This document shows positions 20,508-28,772 of a DNA stretch of 64,000 nt, piece after piece (the stretch's first letter is position 1; each line of letters opens with the position of its first letter). Made by a program: the position numbers and the translations under genes. Origin of the DNA: a virus (Duplodnaviria > Caudoviricetes); the IMG/VR virus record IMGVR_UViG_3300012979_000030, positions 42,511 to 106,510 of that record. One strand, 5' to 3'. The notes beneath the pieces are model-generated. The model did no database searches. It was not told where the DNA came from and saw only the letters and a program-made list of their open reading frames with translations.

Positions 20508-20804
20508 TTAAACTCCATTTTAACATTGTTATTTACATTTATTATTCAAAAAAATTTTACTAATTAAAACACCTTTTGTCAAAATAATACTTTAATACTA
20601 TATATATTACAACCAAAGTAGTATAGTATTAAATATAATATTGTTATTTATACTAATAAATCAAAATTATTTAGATTTAGATAAGATGATTTATTCTACT
20701 TATAAAATTAGTAGAAAAAATATTTTTTCTTTATTTTTCAATAACTTAATTATAAAACATCTTTCAATCATCATTATAAATAATTATGTTGAAGGAGAAA
20801 AACT

Positions 20805-21263
20805 ATGAATACATCTTATGAAAAATTTTCATTTTACAATAACTACTTTGGTGGAACAATTGAGGGTGATAATATATATTCAACTGATTTTTATGGTAAT
20901 AAACATTTAGTTGGAGTTACATCAAAGAAACACCAAGAGACAATGGACTTATTAAACACATATTATAACAAATTAATAGAATTGGGTGTTATTGAAAAAG
21001 AAAAAACAGCAGAAGACATAGCGAAAGAACAACAACAAATGATGCAACTTATGATGCAACAAATGGAAAGCATGCAAAGGGCATTAAACGATTTGCAACA
21101 TGAAAGCAAACCAAATCACAATGAAGGAGAGGCAAATGAATATGAATCAAATAACAAATCTATTAACACAGAAATTAAATCTGAACAAGGACCAACAAAC
21201 AAATTTGAGTCAATCAATAGAAAAAGCAAGGGAGATTCTAAATTCAGTAAACAATCCAACTGA
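20805..21263 (+). CDS. Hypothetical protein with Gln/Met-rich coiled coil (cassette gene 1)
   Basis: AAGGAG RBS; TATAAATA at 20775-20782. Confidence 0.8.
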   Translation: MNTSYEKFSFYNNYFGGTIEGDNIYSTDFYGNKHLVGVTSKKHQETMDLLNTYYNKLIELGVIEKEKTAEDIAKEQQQMMQLMMQQMESMQRALNDLQHESKPNHNEGEANEYESNNKSINTEIKSEQGPTNKFESINRKSKGDSKFSKQSN

Positions 21264-21519
21264 AGCTTTATCAAAAGCAAATGTTGATCCAAGTTTTTTG
21301 AATAATATTAGAGGATATTTGAATAACCCAATGGCTTCTATGATATTACCAATGATTGGTTTGAATAAATCTGTTGTATTACAAAAAATAGACACATTAG
21401 AAAGGATGATGAACAAAGATAGAGTGGCAATTCCATCTAATGATTCTAACAAATCATCACCCTATGTGGGTGGGGGTGATGATTTAGAAAGATTTAGACG
21501 AGGTATAAAATCTTTCTAA
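21136..21519 (+). CDS. Hypothetical helical protein (cassette gene 2)
   Basis: GGAGAGG RBS before ATG 21136; overlaps the previous gene in another frame. Confidence 0.75.
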   Translation: MNMNQITNLLTQKLNLNKDQQTNLSQSIEKAREILNSVNNPTEALSKANVDPSFLNNIRGYLNNPMASMILPMIGLNKSVVLQKIDTLERMMNKDRVAIPSNDSNKSSPYVGGGDDLERFRRGIKSF

Positions 21520-21567
21520 AAAACACTCACAACATATGTAATCATTTTATATTAATAGGAGGGCAAA

Positions 21568-22152
21568 ATGAATGAAATGATAACAAATAATGATGGAACT
21601 TTTAGTTGGGGTTGGATTATTTTCTTAATCTTAATTTTATGGTTCTTTGTAGGTGGCGGATTCGGTGGTTTTGGCGGATTCGGTGGTTATGGAAACAGAG
21701 CTGGTGCATTCTTGGCAGGTGATTTATATGGTCAATCAGTTGCTCACGGTGCAGGAAATCATGAAGTAGAAAGACGTGGTTTAGTAACAGCTGCTGATAC
21801 AAATTACAGAATCATTGAACAAGCACAACAAACAAGAGATGTTGTTTCAGCAACAGCACAAGCAACACAAGCAAAAATTGATTTCTATGCATACCAAGAT
21901 TTAAGAGATAAATTATCTGAATCACAAAGAGAAAATATGATGTTGCAAAACAAATTGTATTCAGATGCTAAATTTGGTGCAATTGAAACACAATTGGCTT
22001 CTATCGCTTGTAAAATGGCAAAACAACCAGAAATTTATGCTACAAGTGCTGTATGTCCTAATGCTGCAGTAATTAATGGATTAGGATTTAATGGTTATGC
22101 AACACCTTATCCATATAGTGGTTGTGGTTGTAATGGAAATGTATTATCATAA
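21568..22152 (+). CDS. Gly-rich membrane-anchored coiled-coil protein with Cys-rich tail (cassette gene 3)
   Basis: WGWIIFLILILWFF TM segment, GGF repeats, QDLRDKL coiled coil, C-terminal YPYSGCGCNG; strong AGGAGG RBS. Confidence 0.85.
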   Translation: MNEMITNNDGTFSWGWIIFLILILWFFVGGGFGGFGGFGGYGNRAGAFLAGDLYGQSVAHGAGNHEVERRGLVTAADTNYRIIEQAQQTRDVVSATAQATQAKIDFYAYQDLRDKLSESQRENMMLQNKLYSDAKFGAIETQLASIACKMAKQPEIYATSAVCPNAAVINGLGFNGYATPYPYSGCGCNGNVLS

Positions 22153-22168
22153 AATTAACTAACACATC

Positions 22169-22198
22169 AAGAGGTGGTGATAATCCACCACCTCTTTT
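22169..22198 (+). terminator. Hairpin/attenuating terminator within the cassette
   Basis: AAGAGGTGGTG-6 nt-CACCACCTCTT-TT. Confidence 0.75.
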
Positions 22199-22220
22199 GA
22201 TTTAACATAAGGAGTAAAAA

Positions 22221-22556
22221 ATGAATTGTGATATATTACATATAAAAAGCACTGCAATTTCATATACAGCAGCAACAGACACAGTTCCATCAAATTTAAC
22301 GATTACAATACCAACTGTTACATTAACAAATGGTCAAGTATTTACATTAAATTTATGTCAATCAATACCGACTATTACACCAGGTGATAATCCACAAGTA
22401 TTGATTACAGATGGGGCATCAACATATAACTTATATTTACAAATGGGTAATTATGTAAGGGGTGCAGGATTAAAATGCCGTAAAAGATTAACTTTGGTAT
22501 ATGGTACTGATCCATCACATATTACAGTATTATCACCTTGTTTAAAGAGTTATTAG
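22221..22556 (+). CDS. Thr-rich beta-strand protein (cassette gene 4)
   Basis: AAGGAG RBS; predicted beta-rich, with scattered Cys. Confidence 0.8.
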   Translation: MNCDILHIKSTAISYTAATDTVPSNLTITIPTVTLTNGQVFTLNLCQSIPTITPGDNPQVLITDGASTYNLYLQMGNYVRGAGLKCRKRLTLVYGTDPSHITVLSPCLKSY

Positions 22557-22570
22557 TTTGAGGTGAGAGT

Positions 22571-23588
22571 ATGAGTTGTAATTTTAATGTTAAAAAATGT
22601 ATAAATTGTCAAAAATATAATGGTTGTTTGTTACAAACAATATATTCAAACATGAATAAAATGTCCAATGTTGTTGACACTATTATTCAAAATCAAAAAA
22701 TACTAGAGCAGAGTATAGATGAGATTAATAATTCAACACAAACAGATGATTTAAATATATTAAATCAAAAAGTGGATAGTTTAAACAATACAGTAAAAAC
22801 AATAACACAAAAAAATCAAACATATGATATTGAGACAATTACAACATCTTTAACAACATTAGAATTAAAAGTCGATACATTATTAAAATCAACAAACTTG
22901 TTGATTAATGGGGGGCTATAATGTTTGGTTTTTTAAGAGACATGCTAATAGGTTGGATAATATTTACACCAGAAGGGAAAGATGTTGCAAATAAAGTATT
23001 CACCAAAACATATAATCAACTTAAAAAAAATATTGTTAAATCTGAACAATTTAAGGAGATTATTAATATAAAAAATGTCATATTAGATGGGGGCAAAAAT
23101 GAATCTAAATCTAACGACAGAACAAAAAATTGATGTTATTTATAATGAAACAATCAATGGTGGAAAATTCTTAGACCTTCTAAATGTCATCTCTGTTGCA
23201 TTGGGATTTTACAACTCATACTTAAACCAACAACAAATTGGTAACAATACAATTATGGAAGAATTGGATAAACAAGATAAGTTGTACTTTGATAAAATTA
23301 TTAAACTACTTGAACAAATATTAGGAGAAAAGAATGATGATGCAAAATAATCAATTAAGAAATGTCATTCACCAAGAAAGAAAGGAAGATATCAAAGTTG
23401 ATGATGTTGTTACTGAAAAAGAAATTGAGACAACACATATATCATCAGAATCTATGGTGGAACTTGCTAAAATGGTTTCATCTATGATAGAATCTTCACC
23501 AACTTATAGTGAAAAACATTTGCATGAAAAATATCATGAATTGGATAAACGTATTGCAATTTGTGAGGCATTAATTCATGCTAAGTAA
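22571..23588 (+). CDS. Four small overlapping helical/coiled-coil genes (22571-22921, 22921-23133, about 23099-23350, 23334-23588)
   Basis: Overlapping stop/start junctions with G-rich RBS; the first has an N-terminal C-x6-C-x2-C-x5-C pattern. Confidence 0.7.
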
Positions 23589-23616
23589 AAATAGGGGGAA
23601 TATTCCCCCTATTTTT
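23587..23616. terminator. Bidirectional intrinsic terminator
   Basis: AAAAATAGGGGG-AATATT-CCCCCTATTTTT. Confidence 0.88.
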
Positions 23617-25103
23617 TATTTTGTTGTTGTTCTAACCTCTATCATTTGCCTACCATTATCAATCTTTGTTTTATTTGTCATAAACCCGGTTAATACAGTT
23701 GTATTCCAACGATTTTGCTCTCGTGGAACAGCCAACCAATCAACTGCCGCTTTTGTGGCATTATAGGGTCCGTAAGGGTTAGATGAAATTGGAGCTTTTA
23801 AAACACCACCAGTTGTTGTGCTTGGTGTAGCACCCTCAGGTCTTTGATACCAATAAAGTTTGTTTGCAGTGAAAGTTCTGTGATAAACGTTTGAATCGCC
23901 ATCAACAATAAATGGTTCAATAACTTCTTGAATTTCAGGTTCTCCTGACTCACTAGAAAATCCACACATTAAAGTTGTTCCATCACTTAAGTCAAAAGAG
24001 AATGTGTTATCATAAAAACACTGCATTTTGTAAATGCTTCTATTACCTATTTCATTAATAATATTTTGAGGGTAACTGTTTATTTCAACTGTTGAACCAA
24101 CACCGTTTGGTGTTATGTAAAATTTTACATATCTGTTAGCACATATCAAATATTTGTTAAAACCACCTTCAACATCAACCTTACCCTTACATTCAAAAAC
24201 CAAGTATCCGCTTTTTCCTGTTATTGAAGTGTAACCACTTAGGGTGTTGGTGAATAAGGATGATGTTGTAACCGTTCCATCTTCTCTGTTAAGAACACAT
24301 TTTGTTAACTCCCAATTTTGATAACTTGAATCTTTTGGATAGTAAATATAGTAAGTTGCATCTCCATCAGATATTCCAAAAATATTGGTATCAAGAACAC
24401 TTCCTGTTAAATAGTCACTAAGATTAAATGATTCATATTCATTGACATTGATGTTATCATTCTTATAAAGAACAAGTGAAATCTTGCTTGTGGAATTTGA
24501 GATATAACCATCGTCAGTTAATACTGTGCAATTTGTTGAAGGAAGGAGATAATTACCACCATAAATAACATCATATGTGTAAAACACAAATCCACTACTT
24601 CCAAACCCCATAGGCTTACCATCAGTGTTTTTTGAACCCTCAACAACAACATTACCATTTTTATAGAACCAAGTTATCAGCTGTCCTCTTTTTTCAACTG
24701 TTCCGTTAGTGCTGCGATACCCAGAGTTAGCGTCTACAACACCATTTACAATGTCATATCTTAATTTATGGGTTCCAGAAGTTTGTATAGCATAATTCGA
24801 GTTGTTTGTTGCATATACTGCATAACCATTTTCTGTGAGTAATGAAACTCTAACTTCTGGAGATAATGTATCACTTCCTGTAGCTTGATAACCCACATTT
24901 GTCAACAACACCCTTTTACCATCTTCAACATCTGAACCATTATAATATGCCCATATAGTTTCAACTGATGGTTTTGACTCAATAGTTGTTTGCAAATTGT
25001 CTAAATTTTTTTCAGTTGGAATGCTAGCACCACTCTCTTCCAATAACTTATAAACATTATCAATTTTAACCTTAACTTCTTGCAATGCATCACTAATGCT
25101 CAT
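23616..25103 (-). CDS. Putative tail-fibre/receptor-binding-associated protein
   Basis: N-terminal coil 'MSISDALQEVK...KNLDNL..TI' followed by a S/T/G/Y-rich beta body; tail-gene context. Confidence 0.5.
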   Translation of the reverse strand: MSISDALQEVKVKIDNVYKLLEESGASIPTEKNLDNLQTTIESKPSVETIWAYYNGSDVEDGKRVLLTNVGYQATGSDTLSPEVRVSLLTENGYAVYATNNSNYAIQTSGTHKLRYDIVNGVVDANSGYRSTNGTVEKRGQLITWFYKNGNVVVEGSKNTDGKPMGFGSSGFVFYTYDVIYGGNYLLPSTNCTVLTDDGYISNSTSKISLVLYKNDNINVNEYESFNLSDYLTGSVLDTNIFGISDGDATYYIYYPKDSSYQNWELTKCVLNREDGTVTTSSLFTNTLSGYTSITGKSGYLVFECKGKVDVEGGFNKYLICANRYVKFYITPNGVGSTVEINSYPQNIINEIGNRSIYKMQCFYDNTFSFDLSDGTTLMCGFSSESGEPEIQEVIEPFIVDGDSNVYHRTFTANKLYWYQRPEGATPSTTTGGVLKAPISSNPYGPYNATKAAVDWLAVPREQNRWNTTVLTGFMTNKTKIDNGRQMIEVRTTTK

Positions 25104-25104
25104 A

Positions 25105-25401
25105 TTATAACTCCCTAATTGCGGTTTCTATATCACCAATCATCTCATCTATTTCTGATTTTGTATAGACATCTGTTTTGTCCATCTTTGTTTCAAGTGT
25201 TTTTAAAATAGTATCTACCTGTGAATTTATATCAGAAACATCTGTTTCAAAATATTTAAGTTTATTATATTCATCAGTTCCATTACCAATTTTAATTTTA
25301 TTTGTATCAGATTCAATCCCCAATTCACCATTTGATAATATTGGATTATATGTTTTCCAATTTGTCTTTGTATCCCTTCTTAATAAAATCCTAACTGCCA
25401 T
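25105..25401 (-). CDS. Mtd N-terminal-like (hyaluronidase_1-like) tail-fibre domain protein
   Basis: LRRDTKTNW...NPIL..GELGIESDT.KIKIGNG, then YTKSEID. Confidence 0.8.
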   Translation of the reverse strand: MAVRILLRRDTKTNWKTYNPILSNGELGIESDTNKIKIGNGTDEYNKLKYFETDVSDINSQVDTILKTLETKMDKTDVYTKSEIDEMIGDIETAIREL

Positions 25402-25484
25402 ATTTATTCTCCATATAATAAATCATTTATATCTTCATTTCTTGTTTTATACAACAAGTTTTTTATTCTGAATCATTTTCCACC

Positions 25485-26012
25485 TCAGAATCTTTTTGTC
25501 TCTGTTGATTGTTCCGGATAAGGGTGTTCCTCTTTAATCCTTGCAACTTCCACAGAGTTTGGATATTTAGCTTTAATCCATTCATCATAAGTCAATGGAT
25601 TTTGCAACCACCAATTTTTTGATTTAGTGTAATCTAATAGATACACACGATATTCACCAATGACAGTTTTTTCTTCTTCTGAAACTTCTGCCCATTGAAA
25701 TGGGGATTTTGCACGATTGTCAACATACTGGACAAGAAATGCATCACGCACTTGACAAACGTGATATTTTAATTCTTCATCAGATGACAATGAGGTTTCA
25801 CCCTCAACAAAATAGGCAATAATTTTATTGTTTTCAATTTTATACCTTTTTTGAGGATTTTTTAACTCACCAGAATTGTCAGAATCAATAAATGTCAAAT
25901 AGCTATCTCTTAAAAGCTGTTCTGAATTTGTGTCAGAATTATAGTTTATTACTCCATCCTTTTCATAAGGTGGGAAAAGAATAGCTGTTTCGTTTACATA
26001 TTTTGCATACAT
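25485..26012 (-). CDS. Tail fibre assembly chaperone-like protein
   Basis: MYAKY..., VRDAFL...W...SEEEK....EYRVYLLD pattern. Confidence 0.6.
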   Translation of the reverse strand: MYAKYVNETAILFPPYEKDGVINYNSDTNSEQLLRDSYLTFIDSDNSGELKNPQKRYKIENNKIIAYFVEGETSLSSDEELKYHVCQVRDAFLVQYVDNRAKSPFQWAEVSEEEKTVIGEYRVYLLDYTKSKNWWLQNPLTYDEWIKAKYPNSVEVARIKEEHPYPEQSTETKRF

Positions 26013-26015
26013 ACA

Positions 26016-27215
26016 TTACCTCCTTTTTGTAAATATTGAAACATTATTTGTGTCACCACTACCTTGCTGACCATGTTCGCCTCTACCAGCACCGTATAAT
26101 TCAAACTTGTTTGTTAAATACCATGTTACACAACTTTCAGCTATCACAGACTTTACATTGCTACCACAAAAACCAAATGAATTCATATCGCCCGTTCTAC
26201 CCTGTTGTCCGTATAAACTATAACCACACCCGTATAAATCATCGTTTGAATCTATATAAAATGTTGTATTAGAAGAAGCAGAAATATATTTAACGTTGCT
26301 TAATTTTTTTGTAAATGTTTTAACATGGGTTGAAGCTCCTGAAGTACCTATTCCTTGCTGACCTTGGTCGTTACTCCCACAACCGTATAGATCATCTGAA
26401 TTAGTTATGTACCAACTTGTATGAGTAGAACAATAAAAATCCTTGACGTTGCTAGCACGTTTCGTAAATGTGTAAACATGCGATGTTGAACCATTGCCTT
26501 GCTGACCGTTAGATCCATTTCCTGTTCCATATAAATCACCTGAATTAGTTAAATACCATGTTGTCGAACCGCTGGCTACAAATTTTTTGACGTTACTTGC
26601 TCTCTTGGTGAAATTTAGAACATTATTGCTGTTACCGCTCCCTTGAGCACCTGCAAAACCCTGACCGCAACCATATAAATCGCCTGAATTAGTTAAATAC
26701 CATGTTCCTGGGAAAAAATCCTTGACGTTACTTGCACGTTTCGTAAAGGTTAAAACATTATTTGTATTACCACTCCCTTGCTGACCAGCTGAATTAGCAC
26801 CGCACCCGTATAGATCACCATCGTTTGTCAAATACCACGTTTGGTTCACCGTACAAGCAACCTTTTTGACGTTGCTAGCTCTTTTTGTGAAAATTAAAAC
26901 ATTATTTGTATCACCACTACCTTGCTGACCAGCTGAATTATCACCGCAACCATATAAATCGCCATCATTTGTAACATAAAATGTAGTGTTATATGAGCAA
27001 GAGAATTGTTTTACATTAATGGCACGTTTCGTGAATGTGAGTACTTTATTAGTATTTCCAGATTCGCCATTGCCTTGTTGACCATAATTGCCATAACCAC
27101 ACCCATATAACTCACCTTTTTTTGTCAAATACCATGCGGTGAACTGAGTACCGTAATAATCTGTGATTAAAAAAGAACCACCGCCCAATAATAATTTTTT
27201 GCTAAATATTTCCAT
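26016..27215 (-). CDS. RCC1/BLIP-II-like beta-propeller repeat protein
   Basis: Eight ~50-aa repeats of consensus WYLTNxGDLYGCGxNxxGQQGSG..NNVLxFTKRASNVK; start 27215 overlaps the upstream stop (TAATG). Confidence 0.85.
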   Translation of the reverse strand: MEIFSKKLLLGGGSFLITDYYGTQFTAWYLTKKGELYGCGYGNYGQQGNGESGNTNKVLTFTKRAINVKQFSCSYNTTFYVTNDGDLYGCGDNSAGQQGSGDTNNVLIFTKRASNVKKVACTVNQTWYLTNDGDLYGCGANSAGQQGSGNTNNVLTFTKRASNVKDFFPGTWYLTNSGDLYGCGQGFAGAQGSGNSNNVLNFTKRASNVKKFVASGSTTWYLTNSGDLYGTGNGSNGQQGNGSTSHVYTFTKRASNVKDFYCSTHTSWYITNSDDLYGCGSNDQGQQGIGTSGASTHVKTFTKKLSNVKYISASSNTTFYIDSNDDLYGCGYSLYGQQGRTGDMNSFGFCGSNVKSVIAESCVTWYLTNKFELYGAGRGEHGQQGSGDTNNVSIFTKRR

Positions 27216-27583
27216 TATGCACCTGCTTTCTTCAAAGAACCAACAACCCATACAGAGTGAACATTGTCATATTCATAAATAATTGTGTAATATCCAACCT
27301 CACTAATATCAGGAACTTCCCCACCAAAATAGATTGTTGTTCCTAAATTTATTGTATAAACACTTGGCATATAAAGTTGAACTTCTATTTGATTTAAAAC
27401 ACCAGGTGTAGGCTGAGGTAATGAAAAAGTAACATTACCAGAAAGTGTTAATGTGTAAATCTTATTAATTGTTAGGTTAACAGTTGAAGAATATATCAAA
27501 GATGTTGTTGGTTGGTTTAAAACATCTTCTCTTATTTCATCAATATTTAATCTTGAAGTATTAACTTTACTTAAATCATTCAT
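27215..27583 (-). CDS. Tail-fibre-related small domain protein
   Basis: YTLTLSGNVTFSLP...NQIEVQL...G.YTIIYEYD...WVVG. Confidence 0.55.
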   Translation of the reverse strand: MNDLSKVNTSRLNIDEIREDVLNQPTTSLIYSSTVNLTINKIYTLTLSGNVTFSLPQPTPGVLNQIEVQLYMPSVYTINLGTTIYFGGEVPDISEVGYYTIIYEYDNVHSVWVVGSLKKAGA

Positions 27584-27593
27584 TTTTATATCC

Positions 27594-28286
27594 TTATAAA
27601 AACATTAAGAATAAACCAGATGTAAATCCAACAATCCATTCTGCTAATGATGTTGCACCATGTATTTGCATTTTTGTTGGGAATTTATTAAATAATTCTG
27701 GTTTTCTATCATATATCGACCAACAAATACTGTATATAACTGGAACCATTAATCCCATAAACAATATTCCCCATCCATATATTGGTGTTAATAGTAATGT
27801 ACAAGCGGTATATCTAATTGTCATCCATAATTTATCATAACCATATCCATACCACTCACTCTTTGGAACAATAAATTCACATATTTTATTCCACCATTCC
27901 TTTTTATATCTTTCTTTTAATTTTTCATCAGGTTGACCACCTCTTGACATATCAAATGCAGGTCCATGACCTCTTGCCCAAAATAATCCTTGAAAAACAA
28001 TTGTAACATACAATGAAATTATATAACTTGAATATTCAACACATGAATTTGGGATTAACCAATTCATAAATTCTAATTTTGTAAATCCTTGTAAAAATAA
28101 TATGGATAAAAATGTTATTAAACCACCAACTAAATGCTGAAATGCTCTAATATTATACCATTTATTTTCTTTTTCTTTACCACCAATATATCCACCACCA
28201 AACCATCTTCTCCAACCAGATTCACACAATGAATATAAAACTTTTAACATAAAAAACATCACATCAATCATATTTAAAAACCTCAA
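27594..28286 (-). CDS. Multi-pass membrane protein of unknown function
   Basis: Several hydrophobic segments; Trp/Gly-rich WRRWFGGG and FWARGHG motifs. Confidence 0.7.
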   Translation of the reverse strand: MRFLNMIDVMFFMLKVLYSLCESGWRRWFGGGYIGGKEKENKWYNIRAFQHLVGGLITFLSILFLQGFTKLEFMNWLIPNSCVEYSSYIISLYVTIVFQGLFWARGHGPAFDMSRGGQPDEKLKERYKKEWWNKICEFIVPKSEWYGYGYDKLWMTIRYTACTLLLTPIYGWGILFMGLMVPVIYSICWSIYDRKPELFNKFPTKMQIHGATSLAEWIVGFTSGLFLMFL

Positions 28287-28312
28287 ATATATAAGTTATT
28301 TAATCATTAAAA

Positions 28313-28762
28313 TTATAATGGACCATAGAAAAAATATAAGTATAATGATTGGTTTTGTGTTAAATTTGTAAGTGTTAACTCATAATAATATGGTCCATCA
28401 CCACTTACATCACAACCAGTTGCACTATACTCCATAACACCATTACCACTACTTTCTGGGTTAGAAGATAAATCTGTTAAATATAATGCTTTAACATTAT
28501 TTCTATCAAATGTTATTGTAGTGGGGGTATCATCATAGTATTCATGTTGGTGTAAAACATTACCATTATCATCTGTTATCTTAAAATCAACCACACCACT
28601 TCCATCATATGTTATTGTTAATGTTGCGGGTTGCTCTTCCAACACAACATCAATAACTTTATCACTATCAACAAAAACATTACCTTCAACCGTTGAATAA
28701 CCTTCTTTACTAACAATGTATGACATATATGCATTTGTTGGAACTATGATTGTTTTACTCAT
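28313..28762 (-). CDS. Virion protein beginning with a half PEGA-like module
   Basis: Start reassigned to MSKTIIV (28762, GGAG RBS); YIVSKEGY...VVLE. Confidence 0.65.
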   Translation of the reverse strand: MSKTIIVPTNAYMSYIVSKEGYSTVEGNVFVDSDKVIDVVLEEQPATLTITYDGSGVVDFKITDDNGNVLHQHEYYDDTPTTITFDRNNVKALYLTDLSSNPESSGNGVMEYSATGCDVSGDGPYYYELTLTNLTQNQSLYLYFFYGPL

Positions 28763-28772
28763 ATTATCTCCA

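Noticed and set aside
21655-21690. Short tandem DNA repeat GGCGGATTCGGTGGTT
   Set aside because: It simply encodes the GGF repeats of the protein, with no sign of phase variation.
25105-27215. Diversity-generating retroelement (Mtd-like domain and near-identical repeats)
   Set aside because: No reverse transcriptase and no non-coding template with adenine-only mismatches was seen; the repeats are in-frame RCC1 blades.
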